Notes under the pieces: model-generated
The model's input: the letters and a program-made list of their open reading frames with translations, nothing else
Told to the model about the DNA's origin: nothing
Databases searched by the model: none
Position numbers and translations under genes: made by a program
Part shown: piece after piece, positions 1-8,613 of the stretch
Position numbering within the stretch: the stretch's first letter is position 1
Layout of the letters: each line of letters starts with the position of its first letter
Origin: Candidatus Liptonbacteria bacterium
Lineage (GTDB): Bacteria; Patescibacteriota; Minisyncoccia; UBA6257; 2-01-FULL-56-20
Direction of reading: 5' to 3'
Length of the DNA stretch: 64,000 nucleotides
Assembly (NCBI GenBank): GCA_016867315.1
Contig: VGJV01000001.1
Span: 194,649 to 258,648, forward strand

Positions 1-590
1 TTTCGACCACTACGCATAAGACTCTTCGGGGACCTCGAGGAGCGATCATTATGTGCAAAGAGAAATTTGCGAAAGATATTGACCGAGCGGTATTCCCGGG
101 TGTTCAAGGAGGCCCGCATGATCACATCAACGCCGCCAAGGCAGTGGCCTTCGGAGAGGCGCTTAAGCCGGAATTTGTGCAATATGCCCAGCAGGTCATT
201 GCGAACGCTAGGGGCTTCGCGGCGGCGCTCATGAAGCGGGGATATCGGGTAATTTCGGGAGGCACAGACAACCACATCGTGCTCATCGATATGTTTGGCA
301 GCAAACAAATTACCGGTAAAGAAGCCGAACATGCTTTGGAACAGGTGAATATTTCCATTAATAAAAATATGATTCCGTACGATCCTCGAAAGCCCCTCGA
401 CCCTTCGGGAGTGCGCTTGGGAACTCCGGCAATAACTACGCGGGGGCTTAAAGAAAGTGACATGGAGACTGTGGCGGGATTCATTGACGAAACGCTTATC
501 AATCGAACGGACGAGGCGAAGCTCACCAGCATTCGTTCGCGCGTGACTCAGTTCGCGAGACAGTTTCCTGTGCCGGGGATAACGGCATAG
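1..590 (+). CDS. glyA: serine hydroxymethyltransferase, C-terminal portion (5' end lies upstream of window)
   Basis: Translation carries SHMT hallmark stretches '[28 protein letters not shown]' and '[15 protein letters not shown]'; reading frame stays open to the window edge. Confidence 0.85.
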   Translation, partial: STTTHKTLRGPRGAIIMCKEKFAKDIDRAVFPGVQGGPHDHINAAKAVAFGEALKPEFVQYAQQVIANARGFAAALMKRGYRVISGGTDNHIVLIDMFGSKQITGKEAEHALEQVNISINKNMIPYDPRKPLDPSGVRLGTPAITTRGLKESDMETVAGFIDETLINRTDEAKLTSIRSRVTQFARQFPVPGITA

Positions 591-599
591 AATTTAGAA

Positions 600-1346
600 A
601 TTAGAACGTAGAAGAGGCGACGCTCACGATACTTTCACGCTTTTCTTCAAATACTGTAGGGATGTTCCTTGAGAAGTAAATTTGTGACGGTTGGATATCG
701 CGGAAACCCGAAACTCACGTTGCAAGCAAGGATCAAATAACCATACAGAACAGAGGAGGAGTATTATGTTGACTGCAACCGCAACTGCGCCGAGGGGTGT
801 CAATTCTGTTCGAGAGTCTCTCGACAACCCTACGTTAGAACACGTGCGAAGTTTCCCATTTAGGATGACCCATGGTTTTTCTCTTGATCGTTGTCCGCGA
901 TCCGGTTTTTTGCGATGGCATCCGGATTTGCACGACGCTAACTTTCCTGGCAGTGCTACGCATTGGGGGAAGACCTATGGCGCCGAAGTATATCGTCTGA
1001 AGGACGAGCTTACGCTGGAGATGCTCCTTCGTATGGCTATGGAGGGAGGACGGTTGTCTTTGGGAGCATGGACAAGCGCAAGGCTTTGCAGCCAATGTCG
1101 CGAACATCTTCCCAAGGATAACTGGGCAGTATGCGTAGGGGAAGAACACGAGCGAGGGACTCCGGGGTTCATATGGGTTCAGGAGGGAACGGGAGGTTGG
1201 GGACTCGCGCTTTTCAAATGGCGTGCTTCTTGGGCAAGGGGAGCTTACGCGATATTCTTTCACGAGCTTTAGGGAAGGAGGAAGGCTAGCCAAAGGGAAG
1301 CCCTCGGCGCGGGGATCATGCGTCGAGGGCGAATTTTATTTTTATT
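600..1346 (+). other. GC-rich non-coding block with mutually overlapping junk ORFs on both strands; candidate large structured RNA or long 3' region, closed by an intrinsic terminator
   Basis: ORFs 691..1272(+) and 835..1293(-) overlap each other and encode W/R/C-rich low-complexity peptides. Local GC is higher than in the neighbours. A stable hairpin plus T-run ends the block at 1300-1346. Confidence 0.25.
1300..1346 (+). terminator. rho-independent terminator (GCCCTCG...CGAGGGC stem then GAATTTTATTTTTATT)
   Basis: 7-bp GC stem with structured loop followed by a U-rich tract, 25 nt upstream of the folD start. Confidence 0.55.
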
Positions 1347-1370
1347 ACGAAGGAAGATATACTTCCCCCA

Positions 1371-2219
1371 TTGCGCATGGCTCAAATTCTTGATGGGAAA
1401 AAGATAGCTGGGGAGGTCCTTGTCCGGCTTAAGTCCAGACCAGTTCCAAAGCAGTTTTTCGCAGGAGTACTTATAGGCGATGATCCGGCCTCCGAAAGTT
1501 TTCAAAAACTCAAACAGGGGGTGGCACGGGAGCTCGGGATTGATTATGGGATCTCTAAACTTTCTCCGGAGCTGGGGGATGAAGGACTTCGCGAGGAGGT
1601 AGGACGGATGGCTGAGGAGAAGAATTGTGGAGGCGTGATTGTACAACTTCCTTTACCCGAAGGACTCAATCCGCATTATATTGTGAATGCGATTCCGGCG
1701 GAGAAAGATCCGGATGTGTTGGGAGAGCGAGCATTGGGAGCTTTTTATAATGGGAGCGGGGTTGCTGTCCATCCGGCGGCAGCTACGGTGTGGGAAATTT
1801 TGAAACAGACGAATTTCAACCTGGAGGGAAAAAAAGTAGCCATTGTGGGGCCGGGGACTCTTATTGGGAAGCCGGTGGCGGTATCGCTTTTAGGGAAGGT
1901 GAGTAATCTCTATGTTTTGGGAAGGGGGTCGGATATGAGTTTACTTAAAAATTGCGATCTTGTGATTTTGGGAGTAGGAAAGGCGGGACTTGTGACTCCC
2001 GATATGCTCAAAGAAGGAGTCGGAGTAATTGACTTTGGATACAGTCCCGGAGAAAAGTTGGGAGTGAATGGGAAACCGTTACTTCGTGGGGATTTTGATT
2101 CATCGGATGCAGCTCTTTGCGATGCGCGATTGGCGTTCTATACTCCTACGCCCGGAGGAACGGGGCCGATTCTTGTTTCCAAACTTTTTGAGAATTTTTA
2201 CGCCTTGAATTCGGAATAG
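1371..2219 (+). CDS. folD: bifunctional methylenetetrahydrofolate dehydrogenase/cyclohydrolase (ATG probably at 1377)
   Basis: Classic FolD C-terminal motif 'YTPTPGGTGPILVSKLFENF' and typical length. The track ORF begins with TTG at 1371, and an in-frame ATG at 1377 gives MAQILDGKK. Confidence 0.9.
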   Translation: MRMAQILDGKKIAGEVLVRLKSRPVPKQFFAGVLIGDDPASESFQKLKQGVARELGIDYGISKLSPELGDEGLREEVGRMAEEKNCGGVIVQLPLPEGLNPHYIVNAIPAEKDPDVLGERALGAFYNGSGVAVHPAAATVWEILKQTNFNLEGKKVAIVGPGTLIGKPVAVSLLGKVSNLYVLGRGSDMSLLKNCDLVILGVGKAGLVTPDMLKEGVGVIDFGYSPGEKLGVNGKPLLRGDFDSSDAALCDARLAFYTPTPGGTGPILVSKLFENFYALNSE

Positions 2220-2221
2220 TA

Positions 2222-3223
2222 ATGCAGCGAAAGAAATCCTCTCCTCTTTTAGGGAAAGTTTTGAAAAAGATCGCTCCAAAAATCGGAGCGCGAGTCATTT
2301 TAGAGCCTCGATGGAACATCGTGGGGCAAATTATTTTTAAGCGCGGACGAAAGCGATATTTCAGGTATTCCAGCTTGGATTTAAATCCGCTCGGGGCTTC
2401 GGAAATCTCGAACGATAAAGACTACGCGAATTTTTTTATGAAACGATTGGGGTATCCTACGGTACCGGGCGAAGCTTTTTTCTCTCCTCAATGGGCGGAA
2501 GCGATCGGTTCCCGCCGCACTTTTCAGGCTGCGTATCGCTATGCGCGGAAGTTAGGGTTCCCCGTGGTTGTGAAGCCCAACAGCGGTAGCCAAGGGCGAG
2601 GAGTGACGCTGGTATATAACAAGAAAGAATTTTATTCTGCGTTACGTGAGATATTTTTGAGAGATAGAGTGGTCTTAGTCCAAAAGCCCGTTTTGGGAAA
2701 TGATTATCGGGTGGTGGTTCTCAATGATAAGGTAATTTCTGCATACCAGCGTATTCCTTTGAATGTCATAGGTGATGGAGTGTGCACTATCCGACAATTA
2801 CTTTTGGTAAAACAGCGCAGTTTCGAAGCCTCGAGTCGTGATACCCAACTCAAACTTAATGACCAGCGCATTTCTAAAAAGCTTGCTCGTCAGCGTTTAT
2901 TTATGCGATCCATTCCTGCTAAAGGGAGACAAGTTTTTCTTTTAGACAATGCGAACCTTTCTACGGGAGGAGATTCAATCGATGTTACTCGGGAGATCCA
3001 TCCTGATTTTAAAAAGATCGCTGTCGCTCTTACTAAAGACATGGGACTTCGGCTTTGTGGGGTGGATCTTATGGTGCGGGGAGACATCCGTCAGCTGCCT
3101 GCTACTTATTGGATTCTTGAAATAAACGCAGCTCCAGGACTCGATCATTATGCAAAGAGTGGAAAAGCACAGGAAAAAATAGTAGAAGATCTCTACTTGC
3201 AGGTTCTTAAAAGTATGGAGTGA
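2222..3223 (+). CDS. ATP-grasp ligase, cyanophycin-synthetase G-domain-like / RimK-CofF-like
   Basis: Motifs 'PVVVKPNSGSQGRGVT', 'GNDYRVVVLNDKVISAYQRIPLNVIGDGVCTIRQLL' and 'DNANLSTGGDSIDVTREIHP' resemble the ATP-grasp domain of CphA/RimK-type amino-acid ligases (recalled family signatures). Confidence 0.6.
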   Translation: MQRKKSSPLLGKVLKKIAPKIGARVILEPRWNIVGQIIFKRGRKRYFRYSSLDLNPLGASEISNDKDYANFFMKRLGYPTVPGEAFFSPQWAEAIGSRRTFQAAYRYARKLGFPVVVKPNSGSQGRGVTLVYNKKEFYSALREIFLRDRVVLVQKPVLGNDYRVVVLNDKVISAYQRIPLNVIGDGVCTIRQLLLVKQRSFEASSRDTQLKLNDQRISKKLARQRLFMRSIPAKGRQVFLLDNANLSTGGDSIDVTREIHPDFKKIAVALTKDMGLRLCGVDLMVRGDIRQLPATYWILEINAAPGLDHYAKSGKAQEKIVEDLYLQVLKSME

Positions 3224-3225
3224 TG

Positions 3226-3936
3226 TTACTCCCTCTTTTTTCTTAATCGTGAAAAAAGAGGTTTATACATGTCCTCCTGGATGTTTATGGAACATTCCCG
3301 GCGATTTACTTTCTCGGCGAATTTTACCGGTGCATTTTGGATGAGTGCGAGAGGCTTTTTTTCATTCCCTTCCCCCATTGTTAATACTGCGGCGGTAGCT
3401 AAGCCATCCGCTATATTTGTCTGAGCAAATCTAAATCTTCTTCCAAAAATGTCTTTTGTGCCGCGGTAATCTTTAAGGCCTCGGAATCCGGCGTACCCGA
3501 GGGCCACTCCGGTAACGCCGAGTCGAAGGGGGATTGTGCGGCTATCGGTGATGAGTACCCCCCAATTTTTTATTTTGTAGCATCTTCGGAGCGCATCTCG
3601 AAGACGGCGGGCGGTTTTAAAGCTATCTTTGGGAAGCAAGATAAGCTTGCCGTTCGCGTTCGATTCATCTATTCCCGCTGAAGCCATCATCATTCCATCT
3701 TTTATTGTGAGCCATACGTGTTTAGTACGGATGGCCATTTCACTTTCTTTCCGAATGAGATCAGGTTTAGTTCTGGAATTTTTTATGGGCGCGGTTCGAT
3801 TTTCGGAGAGCGCCACAATTTTAGAAGTTACTACGAGTACCGAGTTTTCGGGGATTTTCTTTATATATTTTTTTATAAACGCGAGAAGGTTTTCGCCTTC
3901 TTTAAATATGTGAGTTTTTATTGGGTTTATGTGCAT
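3226..3936 (-). CDS. CofE-like protein (F420-0:gamma-glutamyl ligase family)
   Basis: N-terminal 'VLVVTSKIVALSENR' and 'ASAGIDESNANGKLILLPKD', plus a Gly-rich C-terminal region 'GVTGVALGYAGFRGLKDYRG', match my recollection of CofE/FbiB-N family motifs. Convergent with the ATP-grasp gene with a 2-nt gap. Confidence 0.45.
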   Translation of the reverse strand: MHINPIKTHIFKEGENLLAFIKKYIKKIPENSVLVVTSKIVALSENRTAPIKNSRTKPDLIRKESEMAIRTKHVWLTIKDGMMMASAGIDESNANGKLILLPKDSFKTARRLRDALRRCYKIKNWGVLITDSRTIPLRLGVTGVALGYAGFRGLKDYRGTKDIFGRRFRFAQTNIADGLATAAVLTMGEGNEKKPLALIQNAPVKFAEKVNRRECSINIQEDMYKPLFSRLRKKRE

Positions 3937-3981
3937 GAAAATGTGGAGGGCAACGATTGTTTTCCTGCCCTCCGTTGTACC

Positions 3982-4617
3982 TTATTTTTTGTTTCTCATC
4001 CATTTTTTTTCGATGAGATAGAGAATATCATCCGAGGTTTCTATTTCGAGATGTGAAGGAACGGTATACGTGAGGAGGGTTGTGCCTCGCGGTACCAAGC
4101 GACGGGCCGTGGAAAAGGGATACTTCGCGAAAAAATCATTCCGCGGCATTTCCTGTGCTCCTACTCTGTACCCGGCATGGATTACTGTGTTTCGATTTGT
4201 CATCAGGCCGACGTGTCCAATGAGAAGATTTCCCGCAGGGCGGCTTGAGAAAAGCCCCTCAGTGAAGACTATATCTTCTTCGCCCAGTTCGCTCTCCGCG
4301 ATGCCTTCTCCATACTCGAGCCATCGTAGAAAATCTTTTGGGAGCCATATTCCCCGAATTGCATACAGGTATTTGATGAAGGTGATGCAGTTCAAAATGT
4401 GGGGAGCATTGCTGAAATCTGTTTCTCGTGCATATTGCACTTTCCCGATTAAATGCCGCGCTTCGCCGAGGAGATTTACCTCAATGCGATGTAGGCCGGA
4501 ATTTCTGAGGATGCTTAGCGCATCCAGGTAGGGAATGTTAAGATTCGTGGAGTTTAGGTTTACCGCGCAGCGTCTTTCAGCGGATTGAGGCAATTGAGTG
4601 GCAATGAGATATTTCAC
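3982..4617 (-). CDS. hypothetical protein, co-oriented directly upstream of the CofE-like gene
   Basis: 211-aa ORF with plausible globular composition and no motif I can assign confidently. The antisense ORF 4070..4531 is judged spurious. Confidence 0.4.
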   Translation of the reverse strand: MKYLIATQLPQSAERRCAVNLNSTNLNIPYLDALSILRNSGLHRIEVNLLGEARHLIGKVQYARETDFSNAPHILNCITFIKYLYAIRGIWLPKDFLRWLEYGEGIAESELGEEDIVFTEGLFSSRPAGNLLIGHVGLMTNRNTVIHAGYRVGAQEMPRNDFFAKYPFSTARRLVPRGTTLLTYTVPSHLEIETSDDILYLIEKKWMRNKK

Positions 4618-4643
4618 AAGTTTCCTTTCTTTGTGGTTATGAA

Positions 4644-4675
4644 GAACAAAATTAAAACCGCCTCAGAAAGGCGGC
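4644..4675 (-). terminator. hairpin CCGCCTcagaaaGGCGG with T-run on the minus strand
   Basis: On the minus strand the sequence reads GCCGCCTTTCTGAGGCGG followed by TTTTTAATTTT, downstream of tRNA-Val and the EEP gene. Confidence 0.4.
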
Positions 4676-4780
4676 TCAATTAGAAATCAATGAGAGCCGC
4701 CTCTTACGTCGAGGTGTGCCTTGCAAAGCTAGACCAGGTGGAGCGAAAGCGAGTAATAAGCATGGGATTATTGTATCATG

Positions 4781-4852
4781 TGCGCCCTGTAGGATTTGAA
4801 CCTACGACCTATCGCGTGTAAAGCGACCGCTCTGCCGCTGAGCTAAGGGCGC
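4781..4852 (-). tRNA. tRNA-Val (anticodon TAC)
   Basis: The reverse complement folds as a cloverleaf: acceptor GCGCCCT/AGGGCGC, D-stem GCTC/GAGC, anticodon stem GTCGC/GCGAT with loop TTTACAC, T-arm GTAGG-TTCAAAT-CCTAC, discriminator A. Confidence 0.85.
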
Positions 4853-4879
4853 ATGCTGAATTGCGCATGCCGCCTCATA

Positions 4880-5692
4880 TTAATGGAATTCTAGTATAAG
4901 AGGCAAGTGGTCTGAAATTTCCACGTTTGGTACCTCGAATCGTTCCACGGCAACATCGTGGGATACTAAAATGTAATCTACTACTGCATCGAAATCCTTT
5001 TTGTTGAAATGCTTGGAAAGTCGACTCCTGGTGCGCTCAATCGAAAATTCTTCCACGAGATTGCGCATGTGTTCGGCCAGTAGTGCGAAGCTTTGCGTGT
5101 CGGGACGGAGGTTAAAGTCTCCGCAAATAATTTTAGGCTCTTTTTCTCCCTTGAGAAATTCAAGCACTTTCTCTGATTGAAGGAGCCGATCGGGGGTATC
5201 TCGATGGCCGAGAAAGTGCGGTTCTTTATGAAGTTTTGCCAGGGTCTCCGGAGGGTGGGCCAAGCCATGGAGGTTCGATATGGAGAAGGTTTTGGGGCCC
5301 ATGGCGATTCTCGTGCAGAGGAGCACGGAAGGTATTGTTTTGGTGTCTACCGCGCCATTGCGCTCGCGGTAAACGAAGGTTTCTTCGGTGGAGAGTACCT
5401 GAATGGACTTTCTTACAAACGTAGCCTGTCCGGCGGAGATATCAAAATCTACTTTGCCCTCGAAATCCCACCCATCTTGTTCGGCGGCGAAAAAACCTTC
5501 GAATTCAGGAAGAATTTGGGAAAATTCTCCAAACATATTCGTGCGGATGCCTCGACTCTCTGTCGCGTCCGAATTCGAGCGAAACATTTCCTGAAACAAA
5601 AAAAGATCCGTCGTCGGAGTTTCTTGCTTTATAAATTCGAGAAGCGGCTCGTAACACTTGCCGCCGAAGGTGTTTAGGGTAATAAGTCTCAT
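4880..5692 (-). CDS. endonuclease/exonuclease/phosphatase (EEP) family hydrolase
   Basis: C-terminal catalytic motif 'SDHLPLILEF' and an internal 'ICGDFNLRPDT' are typical of the EEP fold. Confidence 0.8.
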   Translation of the reverse strand: MRLITLNTFGGKCYEPLLEFIKQETPTTDLFLFQEMFRSNSDATESRGIRTNMFGEFSQILPEFEGFFAAEQDGWDFEGKVDFDISAGQATFVRKSIQVLSTEETFVYRERNGAVDTKTIPSVLLCTRIAMGPKTFSISNLHGLAHPPETLAKLHKEPHFLGHRDTPDRLLQSEKVLEFLKGEKEPKIICGDFNLRPDTQSFALLAEHMRNLVEEFSIERTRSRLSKHFNKKDFDAVVDYILVSHDVAVERFEVPNVEISDHLPLILEFH

Positions 5693-5781
5693 CCTGTTAG
5701 AAGCCGTGGTCGCACCGCAATAAAAAAGTTACACGAGGCATTTATTTTGAAGTAGAAACTGCGACCTGCTTCTCACGGGAC

Positions 5782-6183
5782 TCATTGAGTTTGTTCCCAT
5801 TTGGCTACGGCTGGATGAAAATCCACTTGATGCTCGGGGATTCCAAGTGCAATGCCATATTGTTTGGCTGCATCATATTCCGCTTGGCTTTTTCGATCAA
5901 CAAAGAAAACTTTATCACGAAATACTATGTAGTGATGGGTGGAATTTCTGAAATCGGCATACCATGCGTTATGCGTGTGATCGATTGACTGGCTGATTTT
6001 TTTCACACATTCTGCTGCGTGGGATTCAGGAATGAGCACTTCATGGAGCGTCCATTGTGAAACCCAGGGTGTTTTATGTTTGTCGGTGACTTGGCTTACT
6101 CGCGTACTTAAAATTTGCACTTCTTTGAGAATTGCTTTGTTCTCGAGAGATTCCTCGATTATCACGCCGCGGTAATCGGACAT
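5782..6183 (-). CDS. hypothetical protein
   Basis: 133-aa ORF with balanced composition and no assignable motif. Confidence 0.45.
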   Translation of the reverse strand: MSDYRGVIIEESLENKAILKEVQILSTRVSQVTDKHKTPWVSQWTLHEVLIPESHAAECVKKISQSIDHTHNAWYADFRNSTHHYIVFRDKVFFVDRKSQAEYDAAKQYGIALGIPEHQVDFHPAVAKWEQTQ

Positions 6184-6254
6184 AGTTATATTTTGCCCCG
6201 CCTTTGGCGGGACACAAGAGACTCTAACTCACTTCGTTCGAAGATTCTCTAGTG

Positions 6255-6325
6255 TCGGGCCGCCGAGATTTGAACTCGGACTAAATCTTCCCAAAAGACT
6301 CGTGCTGCCGTTACACTACGGCCCG
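6255..6325 (-). tRNA. tRNA-Pro (anticodon TGG)
   Basis: Reverse complement: acceptor CGGGCCG/CGGCCCG, D-stem GTGT/GCAC, anticodon stem AGTCT/AGATT with loop TTTGGGA, T-arm CCGAG-TTCAAAT-CTCGG, discriminator A. Confidence 0.8.
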
Positions 6326-6370
6326 TTGCCCTTCAAATTACGCTACTTTTCGGCTAGAATCAATGCGCTT

Positions 6371-6442
6371 GTCCTCGTAGTTCAACGGATAGAACTCCTG
6401 CCTTCTAAGCAGGTAATCGAGGTTCGATTCCTCGCGAGGACA
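6371..6442 (+). tRNA. tRNA-Arg (anticodon TCT)
   Basis: Acceptor GTCCTCG/CGAGGAC, D-stem GTTC/GAAC, anticodon stem CCTGC/GCAGG with loop CTTCTAA, T-arm CGAGG-TTCGATT-CCTCG, discriminator A. Confidence 0.85.
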
Positions 6443-6515
6443 CCGAGATTCTTAGGAAGTTAGGGGTCTATTGAAGGATTAATAAAAAATGTGTAAGCTG
6501 GGACTGCTATCGTAA

Positions 6516-6782
6516 GCCGCGGTAGCTCAGTGGCAGAGCATTCGCCTGAACTCTTCGGGCACCGATTCAGTAATGAGTCGGTAAAAACTGGGTGAATTCG
6601 GGGGAACTTCGCAAGAACAATCCCGAGCCAAGCTCCAAACTTGGAGAAGGTGTAGAGACTATCCCTTCGGGGAGTACTCTGAAAAATCAGAGGAAGCGCC
6701 CAGCTCCGCGCAAGCGGATGATGATATAGTCCAACTTCGCAGGAAGAGCGATTGGTCGTCAGTTCGATTCTGACCCGCGGCA
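6516..6782 (+). tRNA. tRNA-Phe (anticodon GAA) interrupted in the anticodon loop by a ~195-nt group I intron
   Basis: Exon 1 (6516-~6547): GCCGCGG-TA-GCTC-AGTGGCA-GAGC-A-TTCGC-CT. Exon 2 (~6743-6782): GAAGA-GCGAT-TGGTC-GTCAG-TTCGATT-CTGAC-CCGCGGC-A. Spliced anticodon loop is CTGAAGA. Acceptor, D, anticodon and T stems all pair. Confidence 0.7.
6548..6742 (+). ncRNA. group I self-splicing intron within tRNA-Phe
   Basis: Core elements are present: P-like GTGAATTCGGGGGAAC (6591-6607), Q-like AATCCCGAGCC (6619-6629), R 'GTAGAGACTA' (6652-6661) and S 'GATATAGTCC' (6723-6732) forming P7. The internal guide GGGC (6557-6560) pairs with exon GCCT, giving a U.G at the proposed 5' splice site. The candidate omega-G is at 6742. 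Exact exon boundaries are uncertain by a few nt. Confidence 0.65.
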
Positions 6783-6859
6783 CATTATATAAAGCAAAAC
6801 ACCTCCCCCGGGAGGTGTTTTGCTTTCCAGACTACTTGCTACCCGCTACGTGCTACTCG

Positions 6860-7957
6860 CTACTTCTTCAGTTTAAGCATTATCCGCTTTTCTTCCGGCT
6901 TCACGGCCTCTACCACGAATTTCTGCATGTCTCCTACGGGAAGTTTAGCTTTCATGGCATCTGCAGATTCGAATTCAGCGATGTGCACGGTGCCTTGAAT
7001 GCCCTGGCCCAAGTCGATAATCGCACCGAAGGGATTCAATTTATAAATTTTTCCTTCCACTTCTTCTCCTTTCTTGTAACGGTCGCCCAAAGTCGTCCAT
7101 GGGTCTTGCTGGAGCGCTTTCAAAGAGAGGAACACGCGGCCATCTTCGCGGATATCGATGATTTTTACTTTCACTGTTTCATCTACTTTAAGCACTTCTT
7201 TCGGATTATCTACTATATAGTGCGCGAGTTCGGAGATGTGGATCAGCCCTTCGAGCTGCGGTTCATCGACGAACCGGACGAATGCACCGAAGTCGGCGAT
7301 CCCCGTTACCAATCCCTGAATTTCGTCGCCCGCTTTGTATTTCTTCAAAAGTTCTTTTACGTTCCCGCTTACTACTTCACGTTCGGAAATAATGAACTTA
7401 TTGTGGCGCGGGTTTACGTCGATCACCTTTACCGTGAGCTCCTCGCCGATGAATTTCTTGAGTTCGTCAAATATTTTCTGGCGGTCGCCGTCTTCCACGC
7501 GCGGATAGTGCTCCTGAGAGAGTTGGGAGACAGGCAAAAAAGCTTTGAGATCGAGCAGGGTCGCGGTAAGGCCGCCGGCGTTCGCTCCTACAATTTTTAC
7601 TTTCACTAATTCTCCGGATTCCATGAGTTCTTTGGCTTGCTGCCAGAGCCGTTCTTTGCCGGCTTCGGCGAGGGAAAGCTCGATGTAGCCGTCTTCGGAT
7701 TCCAGGGTTTTGATTTTCGCGAGCACGGTGCCCCCGGGCTGAAGCTCTTTTACAATTTCTTTCGCATTCAAGAGTTCCACTCCCCATACGATACCCGTTC
7801 CGAATTTCCCTAAATCAAAAAACACCTTCCGGTCAGTTTTCCGGAGGAGTTTTACTTCCACCACGCTTCCTTCTTTAGGCCATTCGCCCGAAGGTATGGC
7901 CGCTTTCAAAGCGTCCAAGAGGGTGGTTTGCGAACTCTTTACTGAGGCATCTGCCAT
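6860..7957 (-). CDS. rpsA: 30S ribosomal protein S1 (four S1 domains)
   Basis: Repeated S1-domain signatures (for example 'GTVHIAEFE', 'GLIHISELA', 'GTGIVWGVEL'); 365 aa. The ORF 6752..7609(+) on the opposite strand is spurious. Confidence 0.85.
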   Translation of the reverse strand: MADASVKSSQTTLLDALKAAIPSGEWPKEGSVVEVKLLRKTDRKVFFDLGKFGTGIVWGVELLNAKEIVKELQPGGTVLAKIKTLESEDGYIELSLAEAGKERLWQQAKELMESGELVKVKIVGANAGGLTATLLDLKAFLPVSQLSQEHYPRVEDGDRQKIFDELKKFIGEELTVKVIDVNPRHNKFIISEREVVSGNVKELLKKYKAGDEIQGLVTGIADFGAFVRFVDEPQLEGLIHISELAHYIVDNPKEVLKVDETVKVKIIDIREDGRVFLSLKALQQDPWTTLGDRYKKGEEVEGKIYKLNPFGAIIDLGQGIQGTVHIAEFESADAMKAKLPVGDMQKFVVEAVKPEEKRIMLKLKK

Positions 7958-7989
7958 ACGTCCCCCGATTATAAAGATATTGAAAATAA

Positions 7990-8610
7990 ATGCAAATACG
8001 GCTGGAAATGCCCTTCGATCCTTGGTACAATGCCCCCGTGGTTATTACCTATTTAGGCGAAGGCTCATTCCGCCTCCAAAGCGGAGAAATTTCAATATTA
8101 ATAGACCCTACTTCGAATCGATTCAAGGGGGATTTGGTCTTGCGTACCGAAGCGGAATTTCCAAAGTCCGAGGCGGCGCCCGGGGCGCAAACGGAGATTT
8201 TGCATGCGGGAGAATTCGAATCCAAGGGTATTGAAGTGCAGGGAATTGTCTTAGGAGCGGATCATAAAGAGGGGAAAACGCACACGGGATACCTTGTGCG
8301 ATGGGAGGATCTTACTTTTGCATTTTTGGGGCCGCTCGCTCGGGTGCTTGATCCGGAGCTTTTGGAAAAATTTGACGATCCGGATGTGCTTTTTTTGCGG
8401 CTCGGGGCACGGTATCTCACTGAAGAAGCGGCGGAAAAAGTGGTCCGGCAAATTGAGCCCAAAGTGGTAATCCCGGCGTATGAAAAGTCTCCGCAAGCGT
8501 TTCTTAAAGAAATGGGAGAAGCGGGAGCGCTTGAGGAAAAGTTTGTGTTCCGCAAAAAGGATTTAGAGGCGATCGAGGGGACTAAAACAATCGCGCTCAA
8601 GGCGGCATAG
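7990..8610 (+). CDS. metallo-beta-lactamase-fold hydrolase-like protein
   Basis: N-terminal 'VVITYLGEGSFRLQSGEISILIDP' resembles the MBL-fold strand-1 signature; 206 aa. Assignment is tentative. Confidence 0.45.
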   Translation: MQIRLEMPFDPWYNAPVVITYLGEGSFRLQSGEISILIDPTSNRFKGDLVLRTEAEFPKSEAAPGAQTEILHAGEFESKGIEVQGIVLGADHKEGKTHTGYLVRWEDLTFAFLGPLARVLDPELLEKFDDPDVLFLRLGARYLTEEAAEKVVRQIEPKVVIPAYEKSPQAFLKEMGEAGALEEKFVFRKKDLEAIEGTKTIALKAA

Positions 8611-8613
8611 TAT

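Noticed and set aside
691-1293. ORFs 691..1272(+) and 835..1293(-) as protein-coding genes
   Set aside because: They overlap each other on opposite strands and encode W/R/C/P-rich low-complexity peptides with no motif. The region is treated as non-coding or structured RNA instead
600-1346. RNase P RNA or tmRNA identity for the glyA-folD spacer
   Set aside because: There is a partial resemblance to the RNase P P4/P5 region, but the conserved ACAGAA..GGCUUA 3' element and P4 pairing partner are missing or mis-ordered. No tRNA-like acceptor/T-arm ends or tag-peptide ORF for tmRNA were found
3940-3975. Hairpin GGAGGGCA...TGCCCTCC between the two minus-strand genes as a terminator
   Set aside because: The following tract on the minus strand is only weakly U-rich and the genes appear co-oriented in one operon; it could instead be an attenuator, left unannotated
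4070-4531. 153-aa ORF antisense to gene 3982..4617
   Set aside because: Entirely embedded in a longer, better-composed ORF on the other strand; R/S/P-rich junk translation
6196-6212. Hairpin CCCGCC-TTT-GGCGGG near tRNA-Pro as a terminator
   Set aside because: No adjacent U-tract on either strand in the correct position, so only a generic hairpin
6752-7609. 285-aa ORF on the plus strand
   Set aside because: Antisense to the clearly recognisable rpsA (S1) gene; F/Y/H-rich, typical of an antisense artefact
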